Assembly: GCA_964187785.1 (NCBI GenBank)
Contig: OZ076413.1
Span: 44,952,001 to 45,016,000, forward strand
Direction: 5' to 3'
DNA: 64,000 bases
Origin: Amphiscolops sp. MND2022
Lineage: Eukaryota
Positions 22,985 to 36,769 of this stretch are shown piece by piece. The translations under genes and the position numbers were made by a program. The first letter of the stretch is position 1. Every line of letters starts with the position of its first letter. Below the pieces are notes generated by a model. The model had not been told where the DNA came from and made no database searches. It was given only the letters and a program-made list of their open reading frames with translations.

Positions 22985-23757
22985 AAGTCACTTGGCCCAA
23001 TGTTTTTCTCGAGTCATTTGTCTCAAATTTTTCATGTAAAAGGGTAAAATGAAAACAAAAACCAAATCCATTCTAACTCATGCATGTTTGGTAAATGGCT
23101 CGGTCGCGTCGCTCCTTTCGCCAAGTAGTAACATCAAAGCATGGCCATATAGCGCATGGCTCCGCTTTGCTTCGCTCCTGCAGTTATGGCCCTATGGGAA
23201 CGTAAATATATCTGACTACGTTATAAAAATTATTTTCAACAAACTTTGCCACGCGTTTTTAGTTTATTGATTTTCAGCCAAATGGTGATTAGTGAAGTAA
23301 CCATGTACCCGAGACGTTTGGCTGAGAAAAATTACGGCAAGTGACCGAATGGATTAAGCCAAATGACTTTAAGCCAGCTGACCATTTACCTCCAGGCGTA
23401 GATAATGCATATAAATCATTTTACAAAAAAGTGTAAAAGTAAAAAAAATGCGAGTGATTTAGCTTTGGACATGTCGAAATGGTCACAAGTCACTCGACTT
23501 AAAGTAATTATTCCTAATTGTTTCGTCGTGTCATTTGGCTTGAAAATTTCAAGCCAAATGACCAAAAAGTATGACCATATTCATTCTAACTCAATGGCTT
23601 CGCTTCGTTCCTGCATTTAGGACACTAGGGATATGTGAACATAGCTGACTACGTAATAACAAAAATTGCGCCAAAACCTGTCACGCGTTTTCAACTTAGT
23701 GAATTCAAGCCAAATGACTTTAAGCCAAGTGACTTTAAGCCAGGTGACCGTTACCGT
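22985..23757. mobile_element. MITE-like repeats with aagccaaatgac arrays and a core shared with 60595-60722
   Basis: aagcca.atgacttt repeats in both orientations; core ggctcggtcgc.tcgctcc.ttcgccaagtag..ctgactacgtta at 23097-23224, partial at 23596-23655. Confidence 0.65.
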
Positions 23758-26700
23758 CGAAATGCTTCTGATTGCTTGAAAATCGTACTCCAAAAGTTCA
23801 AAAGTTAAAAACCATAAAAGTCATAGACACTCATTGTGCGCTTCCTTCAAAGTTGTCAGACCAAAAATTTGATTTTGAGAAGTATCATTCTCGCACCTTT
23901 AAGACATCTCTTAGTTTGTTTTCTGCCTTGCATCCAAAGAACAGACTGAAAGCATCTCGAAACAGGTGAAATCCCCAACGTCCGAAGAAAAAAAGTGGTC
24001 TCAAACAGCACATTAATTGTTTTTGCTGCAAACTTTTTGCTAAAAATTGACATCGAATCGAAATCGCTGAGCTGAAAACGCAATGAAATTCTATCGACAA
24101 TAAATTTATCGCTGATTAAGATATGTTCACATGCCCCCATTGCTCCAAATGGAAACGAGTCAAAATGTCGAAAGTCCAATTTCAGAAAAATGACTCAAAA
24201 CTGATATCTCAGATACCTTGCATATGTTGCATATGCGGTTATATGCACGCTCGCCCTCACCGTCGCAAAGACCTAGCAGGAACGGAGATTGCGAAATGGT
24301 TTCCTGCTGCTGGACCCCGATTAGTAAGATGGGAACCTGAGCGCCCCCAACTGGAGCACTAAAGGAATGGTTGTCGGACATATCCGAGGCATATCCGAGG
24401 CACGGTTTTATACCCCTAGAAGTCTACTTTTATACTTTACGTTTTAGAAGAGAGTAAAACTTCATTCCGACATTTCGACTTGTTCTCGAACATTTACAAC
24501 GAACCAAATGATAGAAGCGTGATTCAAAATGCCAAAAAAAAACAAAAATCGGAATTTTGACCACAAGTTTTGACAGTTTGCTGTTCGGCGTTTTTACTTT
24601 CGACATTTCGACTCGTTCCTGCTCTAAATGCAGGAACCAGGAGAAGCAAAGCGACGTGCCACTAGTAGTCCAGCAGCTGGTTTAGGCGAAGGCAGAGTGG
24701 CTCGAAGCGACACGGATGGAAGAAGGTCGGGTGATAAAATCAATATTCCCGGTAAAAGCTGGTTTAAATCCAAAATGCAGTAAACTGAATAATACTGTTC
24801 GCGGCATAGTTTCTACTTTTACATTCGACTGTAGCCGCAGTCAACGCAGGTAGTGAATGATTTGGGTGTTATGATCTCGTATCAACACTGATGTCTCGTA
24901 AAAATCTCTATGTATATAACCTACACATTGTTCGACAGTTTGCCGAGTACTTGCTGTACATGATGGGCTTCGAACTGAAATATCGTTCCTGGAGAATCCC
25001 CAGACACCCAACAAATTTGATAAGAGATATACTAACTTCAAGAATTTCGACCACTTTATCCCCGACAGTTCAAGAAATGCACAAGCATCGTTTTCGCAAC
25101 AATTTGTTCCTCTATAATCACTTTATGACAAACACAAACTCATTTTGTGTCTTCAGCAAGTTATAACAAAGGCATGTTTTTTCTACATGACCATGAACAA
25201 TTGTCGACAAATATTATCAACAAGATCCAGCAGCGAAAAAATCCTTGCGATTTGCCAACGCAAACGGTCTCAGCAGTATCTAACAGCTGATTTTTTTTGC
25301 AAAACACTGTGTGCTATCTTTTGCATAAAGTCAGAACTGTTCCTTGCAAACAACCCTGACGACATAGGTTTCCAACTTCAGTAAAATAGAACCATGGTTT
25401 TCTTGTCAACAATGTTTCTGTAGCCTAGTATGAACAAGATACTTTGAGACGGGAAAATTTCCTGGTCAATTCCAACAGGTCGGCTTGTGCTTATAATGTA
25501 CTCATTTTGAACATCAGTCCGAAGTGACGAATATAGGACGATGTTTTTGCTTGCATAAACTCATACAGTCGTGCATCATCAAGACATCAGAGATAATTTT
25601 CAAGGGTGCTCCTTTAACAATGAACGACAACAACAACCTTAAAAATCTCAAAACCGAGCAAAGATGGACACCATATTTTTGCAGGAGAGCTGAGCAATAT
25701 CTTGGACTACAAATTCGTTGGAAAAAGGCTCCCAAAAAATTCGTCTTTATGGTTTTTGGCAAAGAAGTCCGAAAGAAACGCTACTTTTGACTGTTTTTCA
25801 TTTTTGGGAGGAAATAAGGGAGAAAAATATTTTTCTCCATGGGAGGGAAGAAAATGTCAGACATTTTTTTCTCTCTCCATGGGAAATTATTCCAACCTGA
25901 AGCTCATATTTCTCAAAACTAATCATAAATACGCAAACCGTTCTCTCACAAGGTACGGCAAATATGCTGCCTTGGTTTTTCTGCAAAAAATACGTGATAA
26001 TTATCTTTTTGTTTTTTTGTTAGGCCTTTCATTTATATACGTTCGCAGATAAGTGGTTTTGGGTTCCGTCACGCCTCTGTTTGCTAATTGCCACGCCATT
26101 CCTGACATGTGGCCTATTTTTAGTCGGCGTTTTTCGTAGAAAAACGGAGACTATAGTAGTGACTTCTTTTTTTAAGACCAACGAAGTGACAGATTTTATA
26201 AGCTTTATAAGCTTACTTGAATTAACACTAAATGCCACACTAATTCTACTGGCACTTGAGATAGAGGTTAATTAGGCTTTTTTGAGGTCCCCTTTTACAT
26301 TTTTCGGTGGTACTGCGGGTACTGTGCAAGAGAATACATGACACTTTGAAGTCCTTTTGCCATTTTTCAGCCTTAGATATCGCGCCGTCTTGGGCCGTTC
26401 CCGGCTTGTTAATATTCTTGGGCCTATTTTTGCGAACCTGTTCTAGATAGCGATTTGGGTTTCCGTAGAAATTTCCGTAAAACTCTGCCCTAAATTTTGT
26501 TGACAGAAAGTTTCGTGAAACTCCCGACTACATTGTTTTTCTCTGCCGGAATATTTCTGAGAATAAATGAGACTTTGATGGTTTCCGAGGCTTTTACGGT
26601 AATTTCGGTCTATTTATGCAAAGATAATCCAGATAACAGTTTAGTTTTTCAGTAACAAATTTGACAAAACTTAGGGCTACATTTTACTTGAAATTATTGT

Positions 26701-28069
26701 TTGGAAAATTCCCGACTATATTGGTTTTTTTCCGCCCAAAATTTTCTGGATCGTTGAAGTTTCGGTATTTTTCACAGCATTTCTATATATTTCGTTATTT
26801 TTGGGGGTCTTCTGTCTTTATTGTGATAGCGTGTTTTAAAGACTTTGTAGGCAATCCTCAAGACTGTGTTCTACTTCGAAATAGTCCCGAAAATTTTTCG
26901 GCTACCAAGGTTTGCCCGATTAAATTCTAAAAATAAGTGATTGTTTTGGAAGATTTGTTTTATTTTTAGATTTTCCAGCTGCTACGGGAACTGGGATACA
27001 ATTGGGTTACAAGTTTCTATCGAAACTTTCTGGTTTCTGCTACTTGGGATTTTGTCTACACAATTTTCAAAAAAATTGAGAGTTGAGACATTTTGTCGAA
27101 TTTTCATACGGTTTACCTCTTAATCACTTTCAATGGCTCGTACTTTTCCGGTTTCCTATCACAAGTAGCGATTCCGCACGATTCAGGTGTATTTTTTGTG
27201 TCTGAGAAAACTCCACGAAGGTCTGGGTGCAAATGCTTAAGGCTGTAACTTTTCAAAAAAGCTATTTGTTTTGCTTGTTACACTTTCGTCATACAGCTTT
27301 TTCTTTAGTGGTCAATTTAGCCTTTCCTGTTGCACTTGGCAGAAAGTCAAATCTCCGGGCGTGTGTCCAAGTTCTCATTTCTCAGCAAAATGTTTATTAT
27401 ATGCACCAATCAGACGAACTGTTTATGATTCTTTTCGAAACTTCTCTAAGCAAACTTCAGATAACTAAACCTTTTTGTCTCAGCCAATAGGAATCTTATC
27501 AATTCAGTGGTCTTTGTCAAATTGTGAATGTCTAATTGCAGCTCGGTACAACGCGCAGTGTGAGTTGCGCTATGTTTCTTTTGGTCGTTTTTGCAATAGG
27601 TAGTTCGTTCGAGTTCTGGATTAGATTTAGATTCCGAGAAACTGATGAGATCTTTTGATGTTATTAAAGTCAAGCATTTTGATCAGAAGTAATCAAAAAC
27701 AATAATGAGACTTATTTGTAATTTCTCTTTTGAACTGTTTGACCTCGAATTAGCTTGAATAAAAAGAACCAATCATCGGTGTATTGTATTGTCTGCATTC
27801 ATAGGATTGTTTTCCATGATATCAATCATATAAAAATTGAACACTGAAGGACTGAGCAAGGTACTTTGTGTTACGCCGTGAAACGAAGAATGACAAGCTA
27901 GTGAACAGTTGCATGCGTTGTGTTCTAAATATTACGTAATTGATTGAACTTATGAAGCATTGAAGCTACGATACTGTTTTGAAAATTATTGCTTACAAAA
28001 TGGAAAATTTTCAACAAATCCACAAAATTGCATCCGATCAAATTATTCCTTTGGTTATAGTATTGCTAA

Positions 28070-29857
28070 GTAAGATTTAGAGCCTCGAAAAAAAGTAGCC
28101 AGCCAACATGAAGACATTATTACGACGAAAAACGAGATCTTTGACGTTAAATCGCCGGTTGCAGACCATGAAAGATACTCCAGCAAAGATTGTTTAATAC
28201 TTACAAATTTGCCTGTAAACATCCAATCAACCAGTTTAACGAAGGACGTTTGTCAAGCTTTCGAGGAACTATTTAAGTACAACATTGGACCGGAATCCAT
28301 CAAAGCCTGCCATCATTTGGGTAACCCACACTCTGGTAAGAAAGTTCCAATTATTGTGAAATTCGTATACTTTGCGGACAAGGAGGAAATATTTTCTCGC
28401 AGACGTCCACTTGCTAATAAGGTCTTCCAAAACTGGAGTATTTACATTAATGAAAGATTACCTAAAGGAGATTTAGCCCTGAAAAAACGATGTGATGAAT
28501 TAAATTTAGTTACGACTACTCATAACTGTAAAGTCAAAGTGTTTCGCCGAAAAAAAAGAAGGCGGTTATTTTGCCCGAAAAGTATAACCTGAACAATCTA
28601 TTCAGGATCTGCTCCCAAAAGCGGTCGAAAAGGCAACAAGGCCAGCAAAACAGCGCCGGCAATCGAAAATAAAACAGATGAAGACGAGATAACCAACCCA
28701 GTCAATAAGAAATTGAATCAAAATGCTTTTCCTAGTGATAAAGATCTGAACACAGCAAAGCAAATACCGATGATTTTCGCAGAAAATCACTATGCTGATG
28801 AACAATTCTGAGCTTCGAGAAGAAAACACTTCTACACAATTGAATTTGGTCACCATTCTTGGTTTGGATATCAGATCAGTAGGATTCCATAATGACGAAC
28901 TGAAAATTTACCTTCAAAGCTTCAAAAAACGTCGGATATCATAACTTTAACTGAAACGTGGATAACGGCAAATGATCCCATTGAGAAATATGATTTGGAT
29001 GGTTATCAGTCGATTCATTCAAAACTACGGCTGCAATTGAAACGTAGGTCAAGAGGAGTATCTTTTTACTTGAAAATTAGTATCCGATTTGAGCCCTTCT
29101 CTTTAGAGAGTAAAATTGAATGTGAAATAATCAAAATCCAGCTCTCAAAGAACACTTCGGAAACGTTTTGCGTTGTATATAGACCAGACAATTTCCGCCT
29201 TGTTCAATTCTTCCCGCAATTCGAAGTATTGTTCCACTTTTTGAAAACTCTCAAACATGGGAGCATCATTCAACATCAATACCTCGGAAACTAACAAAGA
29301 TAAAACTGACTACTGTAAGATTCTCAAGGCCTATTACGTTGATGTTAGAAACTCACTTCCCACAAGAGTGACTCCAACCAGTAGTTGTATTGGTCATTTC
29401 TCTACTCGAAAATCAGTGGAAACTGAAACAATTAAAACTACAGTTAGTGATCACTACTCTGTCCTCGCCCAGTTTTATAGTGAAACAACAGATCCCTCGC
29501 AAATGACTAAAATGGTCAGATACTTACCGCCAATCAAAGGTCAAACTGAAGGATTTGGATTTTGACTTGAGCATAGATGAGCAGGTAGTTTCCATTTCCA
29601 AAACATTATTGAATTGTGTTGAATATTTTTGTCCCTGAAAAACCATTGAAAAATCATTCTAAGTCAAATGATTGGATAGCTAATAAAGTCAAAAATGCAA
29701 TTTTTAAACGATACTCATTGTTTCAAAAGTGGCTTTCTGAACCCTCGAATGAGAACCATGCGCTCTACAAAATATGTCGTAATCAGGTCACAAAATTAGT
29801 TCGAGATGGTAAAAAAGAAGCAAACCAAAGGCAACTAGGAGAAAATCCCAATCCAAA

Positions 29858-29888
<31 letters not shown>

Positions 29889-31330
29889 CACCAAAGAAAT
29901 TTTGAAGTGTTGTTCACCAATAATCGAAACCTACCTTACTAAAACGTTCAATAACTGCTTCGAAGACGGAATATTTCCTAGGTCTTTCAAAATAGCAAAA
30001 GTTATCCCTCCATTCAAAAAAGGCGGTCGCAAAGATCCGGCTAATTATCAACCAATTAGTCTTTTGAGTTCCCTAAGCAAAGTTTTAGAAACCTTGTTGT
30101 ACCAACGAATGATGGCTTTTTATACAACGAACGAGTTACTCACACCTGTACAGTATGGTTGTAGACCGAAAACGTCCTACATCATGCTATCCTGTCAATA
30201 ACAGAGTTTCTGGGACAAGCAATTGAGAAGAAAGATACTGGACAGGCTTTCTTTATTGATTTGCAAAAAACGTTTGACACACTTGATTATAGAACTTTGA
30301 TGAGGAACATTGAAAAATATACCTATCGAGTGAAAATTCAGGAGTTGATCAAGAATTATTTGCAAGACAGACGGGAATAAGTTAGCGTGAATGGTATCAG
30401 CATCCAGCAAGTACCAATGACAATTGGTGTACCTCTAGGATCTGTTTTATGCCCTTTTTTATTTTTGTTATACAATAATGATATGCCCAATGTATGCAAA
30501 AACAGTTCGGTGGCTATGTTTGCAGATGACACAACACTCATCACCTCAGGAAAACGAATTGATACTAAACGTCGATATATGTCACACATCGAATTGGCTT
30601 GCATGTAACAAATTCACCATTAATATTGATAATTGTGAAACAATGTTTTTTGGTTGCGGGAAACCATCCAACATACTCATTGACAATACAGTCGTCCCTT
30701 ACAAAAACTCGGTTAAAATTTTAGGTGTACATTTTGATAAAAACTCAAGATTCAAAGAGCACATGCATTACGTCACAAATAGATGAGTCAATTTTGCGGC
30801 CTAGTTTATAGAATTCGTTCATTATACCCGCGAAATTTTCTTTTGATGTTCTATGAATCGTTTGCTCAATCTAGATTCACATATGGTCTTCTGGTATATG
30901 GCACTGTTGCCAAAACTAATCTGATGAAAATTGAAAATGCACAGCTAACAATCATCAGAGCCATTTTTTTCGAAAAAAATTGGAACACTATCTGATGTTT
31001 TAGAGGTCAATAATTTGTACATGGTGTTTGAAGTCTACATAGTTGGTGTTGAAAGAGCTGTTCAAAGAACTTCGCTGAGAATCCCAGTTGCGTTTGCTAC
31101 AGCCGAATGAACCTTCTGAACAGTGTATAAGAACTCGCAGGGCTTCGAAGGGACTTTTCCCACCTACCTACAAGCGCACTGTTGCATCGCGAAAATCTTT
31201 TTCGAATTTACTTGAAAAAGCGTCCAATTGGTTAACCGAAATGAATTTATTACCATCAAATTTGAGGGAATTATCACAGTTCCAAGTCAAGAAACTCGGA
31301 AATTAGCTCTACTTATGTTGTTGATAATAA
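28070..31330 (+). mobile_element. Near full-length decayed LINE (CR1/L2/Jockey-like): ORF1, APE endonuclease, RT
   Basis: ORF1 RYSSKDCLILTNLP..PIIVKF..IYINERLP; APE DIITLTETW and SDHY; RT YQPISLLSSLSKVLE and GVPLGSVLCPFLFLLYNNDMP..FADDT; many frameshifts; apparent internal deletion at the (TA)n tract ~29858-29884. Confidence 0.9.
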
Positions 31331-34199
31331 AGAACTTTTTTCCATGTTCTACTCTTAGGTCTATTCTGTAGCACTGCAAGGTAGTTTCACTTCCCAAGTA
31401 AGGTGCTTTCAATTGTATTTTAGTTTGTAGGGCGCAAACTAGAAGAGCGGTTGTGCTCATTTTGCGTCCGTATTGGATGTGGAAATTGCATTTATTAAAT
31501 AAGATTTATTGAAGCAGATATACTTGTCGTCAAATAAAATAATCTTCTTTCTTACGCCGTGAAACGTTTTGATTGGATCGTAAAGTACCTTTTTAAAAAT
31601 ACGTTTTTGTATCCGGCGAAATAGGAACCCAGAAATCAATTCAACTGCGTGATTCCTAAATTTTATCCTTTTGAGCTTTTGAAACAAAACTAGGTTACTG
31701 ATTGAATCACATCATTTTGTTAGATCAAAGCAAACAGAGCGTACAAATTCATTTTCCTTGATGGCTTCGGAAATTGTTTCCGTGAAAAGGATTATTGCAT
31801 CCTGAGTCGATAATTTACACAAGAACCAATATAAAAGAAGCTCAGAATTTTTCTCGAAGAAAGATGTGCACTAATTTTTGGAGAGTTTAAAGAGTGTTTA
31901 TCAAAAGTTTTGAAGAGACATCTGTTTATGGTAATTAGTCGACTGTTTCGAAGTTTCTCTTTGTAGGAAAATTTGCGCGATTAGACAGCGCATTAGGATC
32001 GCTGGAATATGAGTATGATAAGTAGAGAGATTGATGCTTTAAGCGAAGAAATGATGCACAATCTTTGTCATTCCACCTTTCAGGGCCTTTAAGGGCCTTG
32101 AGAATGATCCGAAAGGATGAAACTCCGTCACGTATGGTCTTTATTTTCGAATCAAACACACATGCTTGTGAATCGAGTTTTGTTGTTCTGATTTTTCGAA
32201 TTTGAGTAAAGTTAGTACTAGTGTCTAAATTGTAGACCATTCTTTGGCGCTACATCTATGAAATGCTCAGTAGTTTCACACTCTGTAGAAGTCTTGGCTT
32301 CTATGCTTCTCCACAACCTTATTTCCTGGGTTATTGTAGGCAGCTACGTTGCTGTTCACTTCAACGCTCATCTGAAACATGATTTAAGTCTTCAAATTTT
32401 TGGATACCCTTCATAATTAACACTGATTATACTAGCAATATTTTTTACTTGATTTCCGGCAGGAACATTAAGAAACTACAAAGTTCTTTCGAAAATCGAA
32501 TTTTTCATTCATTTTTACATTTATTTCGAGGAAAAAATTACATTTCTCCAGAGGAGTATGCTGAGTACCTAGAGGTTTCTTCTTTGAGCACTATGGAATG
32601 AGAAATTCAAGAAAACACCCCGAATTACATAAAGCATAGGAAGTTTCCACATATTCGGTTCCTTTCACTCTAATTGTTTTCCCAATTAGGCATGCTTCGG
32701 AGCTCAACTATTTGTTATTTAGCTTCTTGAATCTTCAAATCCACAAATACGTAGCATGAAACTTCGAAAAAAAATTAAAACGGTGGAAAGTTGACATTTT
32801 TTGTGCCATTTTTGATACTTTTGCGCATTTCGTATCATTATAAAATAGGGTAAGTTTTCTCTGCCTGAAAAGTTATATTAAAAGGTATAATGCTACCTTC
32901 AAACGCTTTGATTTGCCAGTCTCACAAAAATCTTCCTAAATGCTAAATACTCTGCACATTTTGAGCGATATCGGGTTGAAACGTTCTGGACGAGTGCGTA
33001 GGAGCATTGCCCACAAAGCTTAGCAGAAGCAGTTTTTAAAATGTAACCTCAAGTTGAGTTGACTTCAATTCGATGGTCTTGTTGACTTAAATTTGAAGCT
33101 CAGGTCAGCAAAAAACAAAGACTAACTGTTTCGTAGAAAATGGGCACAAGAATTCATTGAGATAAGCTAGAGACCTCCAAACGCTTGTGCTGTAGGCGAG
33201 TGAAGCACGAATCTGTAGCTTTGAGATTCAAGCACTTTAAAGATAAAAAGTTTGACCAAAGTTGACATCGAACGTTGACTTCGTCTTCTTCAAGGCTAAA
33301 TTTCACCGTAAAGGAAAATAATAGAAACTAGTGTACCGCCTTGGTTTTGTTTAGCCGTTTAAACGTACGTTTAAATTGTAAACCTTGTCGTGCCCTTTTT
33401 GTCCAAAACACGTAGGTTTTGTACCTGGGACGAAGGTGTGTCTGAAAAAATGACTTTTCGGAACTTCAAGTTAAGATGTCTTTTAAGGGGTAAAAGGGAC
33501 CTAAGATGAAAGGAGTGATGTTAATCATGAAGCCAAAAAATTTCATGTTTGTCATTACGCGAAACACTGAGTCAAGTATAGTGACTAGTTATCATTGACA
33601 GAAAGGTGGGTCCAGGCCATAAAATGATGAGAGAAATTGTACTTCTAGAGAATTATCAAGTACTGAAGTCTGAAAAACGGTCTTACCCAACACTTAGTCA
33701 GGACCCGAATTGTGAAAAAGACAAAGACGAATTACTGAATGACTGAAGTGCCGAAGACGTTACTTCGATCGAGGTCCGCATCATTTCGAACGACACACAC
33801 TTTGAGTTGACATCTAGAGAACATTTGGCTTATTTTTGTGTCAGCTACTTTTGTCTCAACTGCAAGTAAAAAACACGTGACTACCAGGGGTTTTTGTGAG
33901 ATAATCGAGACAACAGTTTTGATTTTAAGTGAGAGGTCTGGATCCCAGTTTATGAGCACCAATTAAAGTTTGTCATGTACTTTCTGTCTAAGTTAGTGGT
34001 ATGAAAACAACTAATTTCAATTTTCCATTTTCAGTCAATGAAGATAAGTCAATTTGCATAACCCCTAGTAGCTATGTGAATCCGTTTGAAATCTGAAGAA
34101 ATTTTTGGAAATGTCATTCAAAAATTATTCAAAGTCTGCTAAAACTTGAGAGTCTTCTCCTGAATGGGAATTGAAAAGTTGCTATTCTAAGAAACATTC

Positions 34200-36710
34200 G
34201 AACCATTAGCGGGACAATTTTCCTGTAGTGGTTAATTGTCGCATCCTGCATTCTCGGTCCAGCTTGACTTTCTGACACATGATTGGCTGTCGTCGGGCTC
34301 GGACTATGAACAACTTCTGATACTCGCTTCACCCGCGTCGTTTGGAGCGCCCACTTTGCAGGCATTGTCATTCCAGGTGCTTAACTCGTATGGCTGCACA
34401 ACTAAGAAGAAAAAGAAAATTCATCTCCTCAGTTCCACAGCAGCTATGGTACTATATTTGCAGCAAACTGTTCAAGCAATAATCGGCTTGAAGCTGTGGT
34501 TTCAAAGTAACGTGCACGAGGTCACAAAGGTCTGACTGCTGCCGTTGCTCTCTTTAGTAGCACTTTCCCGCCAAATTTGTAATTTTTATTACCCTACCAC
34601 TTAGCTAGGGATGAAGGATTTGTTTAAGGCCCAACGTTAGTGAGATATTTGAAGCATTGCATCATGCTCCTCAGCTGATGTGATAATCCAAATTCAGAGT
34701 TTTGAATTTTTTGTCATTAAATCTGGGAAACCCTGATTTTGGACTGAAACTACCCTGGTTGGCAGCCAATCGCAGATATCCGGTTGTCACTGAAGATCCT
34801 TCTAAGTCCCACCGATGATGTACTGAGGTGGCATTTGCAGCTTTTGCGAAAATATTTCTTGAGGCTACAGGGGCGGTTAACGAAATCCTCCGAGTTCCAT
34901 AACAAAGGCAGTCAAAAATTACATTTTCAACAATTTTCCAGAATTCATAGTTCTGTTTATCTTGCAAAAGTCTTTCATCGATGTCAGTTGGTGTAGCCCC
35001 GGTGGCCACCGTTGAAAACAGTGACCGATGATCCAAACTTGTCTCCACCGGTAGTCACTTGTATTTCGCCGGTGGTAACCGGTGGTTTGCTGTGGAGTGA
35101 ATACAGATGAACTTCATTGTGCCAAATGGAAAGGCATCAAAATTCGGAACTTGGCACTTTATATGAGTACATTGATGATACTAGCAAGCTCGTAATTAAC
35201 GAGAGAAAAACTTATGAGTTTTTAAAACCGCATTGAAATCTTGCGTCAAAACCGGTTTTTTCAAAAAGCCGAGCAATTGCCTTTTATCTTGAAAATTGAG
35301 TTTTTGCTAGATTTTTCAATGTCTCTGATAGAGATATTATTTCATGGAGTTTGTTTTATTTGGGAGACGGAATTTTCGTCGTACCAACCGCGTTTACTAA
35401 TAGATACCAATTCAGTTACTGAAGTTTGCCGTTATCGAATTGAGATCTTTGAGCAAGCTTCAACTTGACATCTCCATTTACACCAACATTGACGGCCAAA
35501 AGGTAAGTCCCCCAATTAATTCAACAAAACATGCGGGAAAATCACAGAGTAAAAGTTTGTTTAAATTTCTGTTAGAGCACATAGATGTTTCTCAATTTTA
35601 TCTAGCCTGAATGTCTAATAGGCATAGAGTAAATAAAAAACGCACGAAACGCTTTACTTTGACCTCACCTGCGCAAAAACTCCTGCATGTTCTGCCCACG
35701 CAATCTAAAATAAGCATTCCATCGTTTTGCAATGAAATGTAGAACAAATTCGCACTTGAGATTAGTTAAACAACTTACCACTCTGCTCTCGGTTCTCCCA
35801 GGTAGTTTCTGAAAGCATATTCCAAATACAACAAACAAGACATCTTATCTCAATTTAGATACAACATTCTTCTACGGTTCTCCAGTAATATACTTAGTTA
35901 TATAGCAAATTCAGAGGAGTCATCTTTCACTACCTTGAATATTTGCAATAGTATGGAACAGGAAAGTTTCCAACAATTTCGAACTTTAAAAGTAAAACAT
36001 CAATGTGTTCGCAATTACGAAGAGTTTTGGGGCATTATAGGCCTTAAGCGGCGCGACTTGTACCGTTTCCAGGTGGTGCGATTTTAATGCTATTATCAAG
36101 TTATAATTTCGTTTACTTTAAAATTCGACGTCTCGAAAAAATCAAAGCACTGTCAGCAAGAACTTCTCTTCATTAAAATACGAAAAGAAGATTAACACAC
36201 AAATCCATTGAAGAGTTCACTAAAAGAGGGCAAAAAATTCCCATAAAATGCTATCAAACTGGTTGGTTGCATGTTTCAAGTGGTTCCAAGAAGGCGAAGA
36301 TAGTTCAGCGCCACTAGAGTCACGGCTATATTCGGATATAAAAACTGAGAAGCTAAACATTTTTATCTATTACTTATCTGGGTCCAAACGCAAACGTCCG
36401 TGACAAAGAAATCTCATCGAGAATGGAAAACACTAACTATCCACAAAAAAGTGAGGGCTGGATTGACTGTGTAGTCATTAAACTCACACACTCCGAAGGC
36501 AGAGAACCAGTCGCACTGTCTCGTGACCTTGTTGTACTGAGCCACCACTTTGGGGTCTTCACCCGGCAGCACTCTCTCGCAGGTCAAAGGACAGGCTTCG
36601 GGGCAGCTGACACGCACACTTCGACCAGGGGTCATCAAACACCAGAAGTTGATCCCAGGGTCAAGGTCAACTGTGACGTAATCAGTTAGAAGTGTTTCAG
36701 AGCCTTTCAA
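34200..36710 (-). pseudogene. Possible decayed extracellular gene (PAN/apple-like exon plus C-type-lectin-like exons)
   Basis: Exon ~36438-36700 SCPEACPLTCE..AQYNKVTRQCDWF ends at a GTTAGT donor; after a ttcttag acceptor at ~34402, STWNDNACK..QPIMCQK (WND motif, frameshifted); the middle part has stops. Confidence 0.3.
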
Positions 36711-36769
36711 AAACAGTGACAATAGTACTAAAAAAAGCTAATAAAAGAAAGAGGAGCAAAGGATCCAAG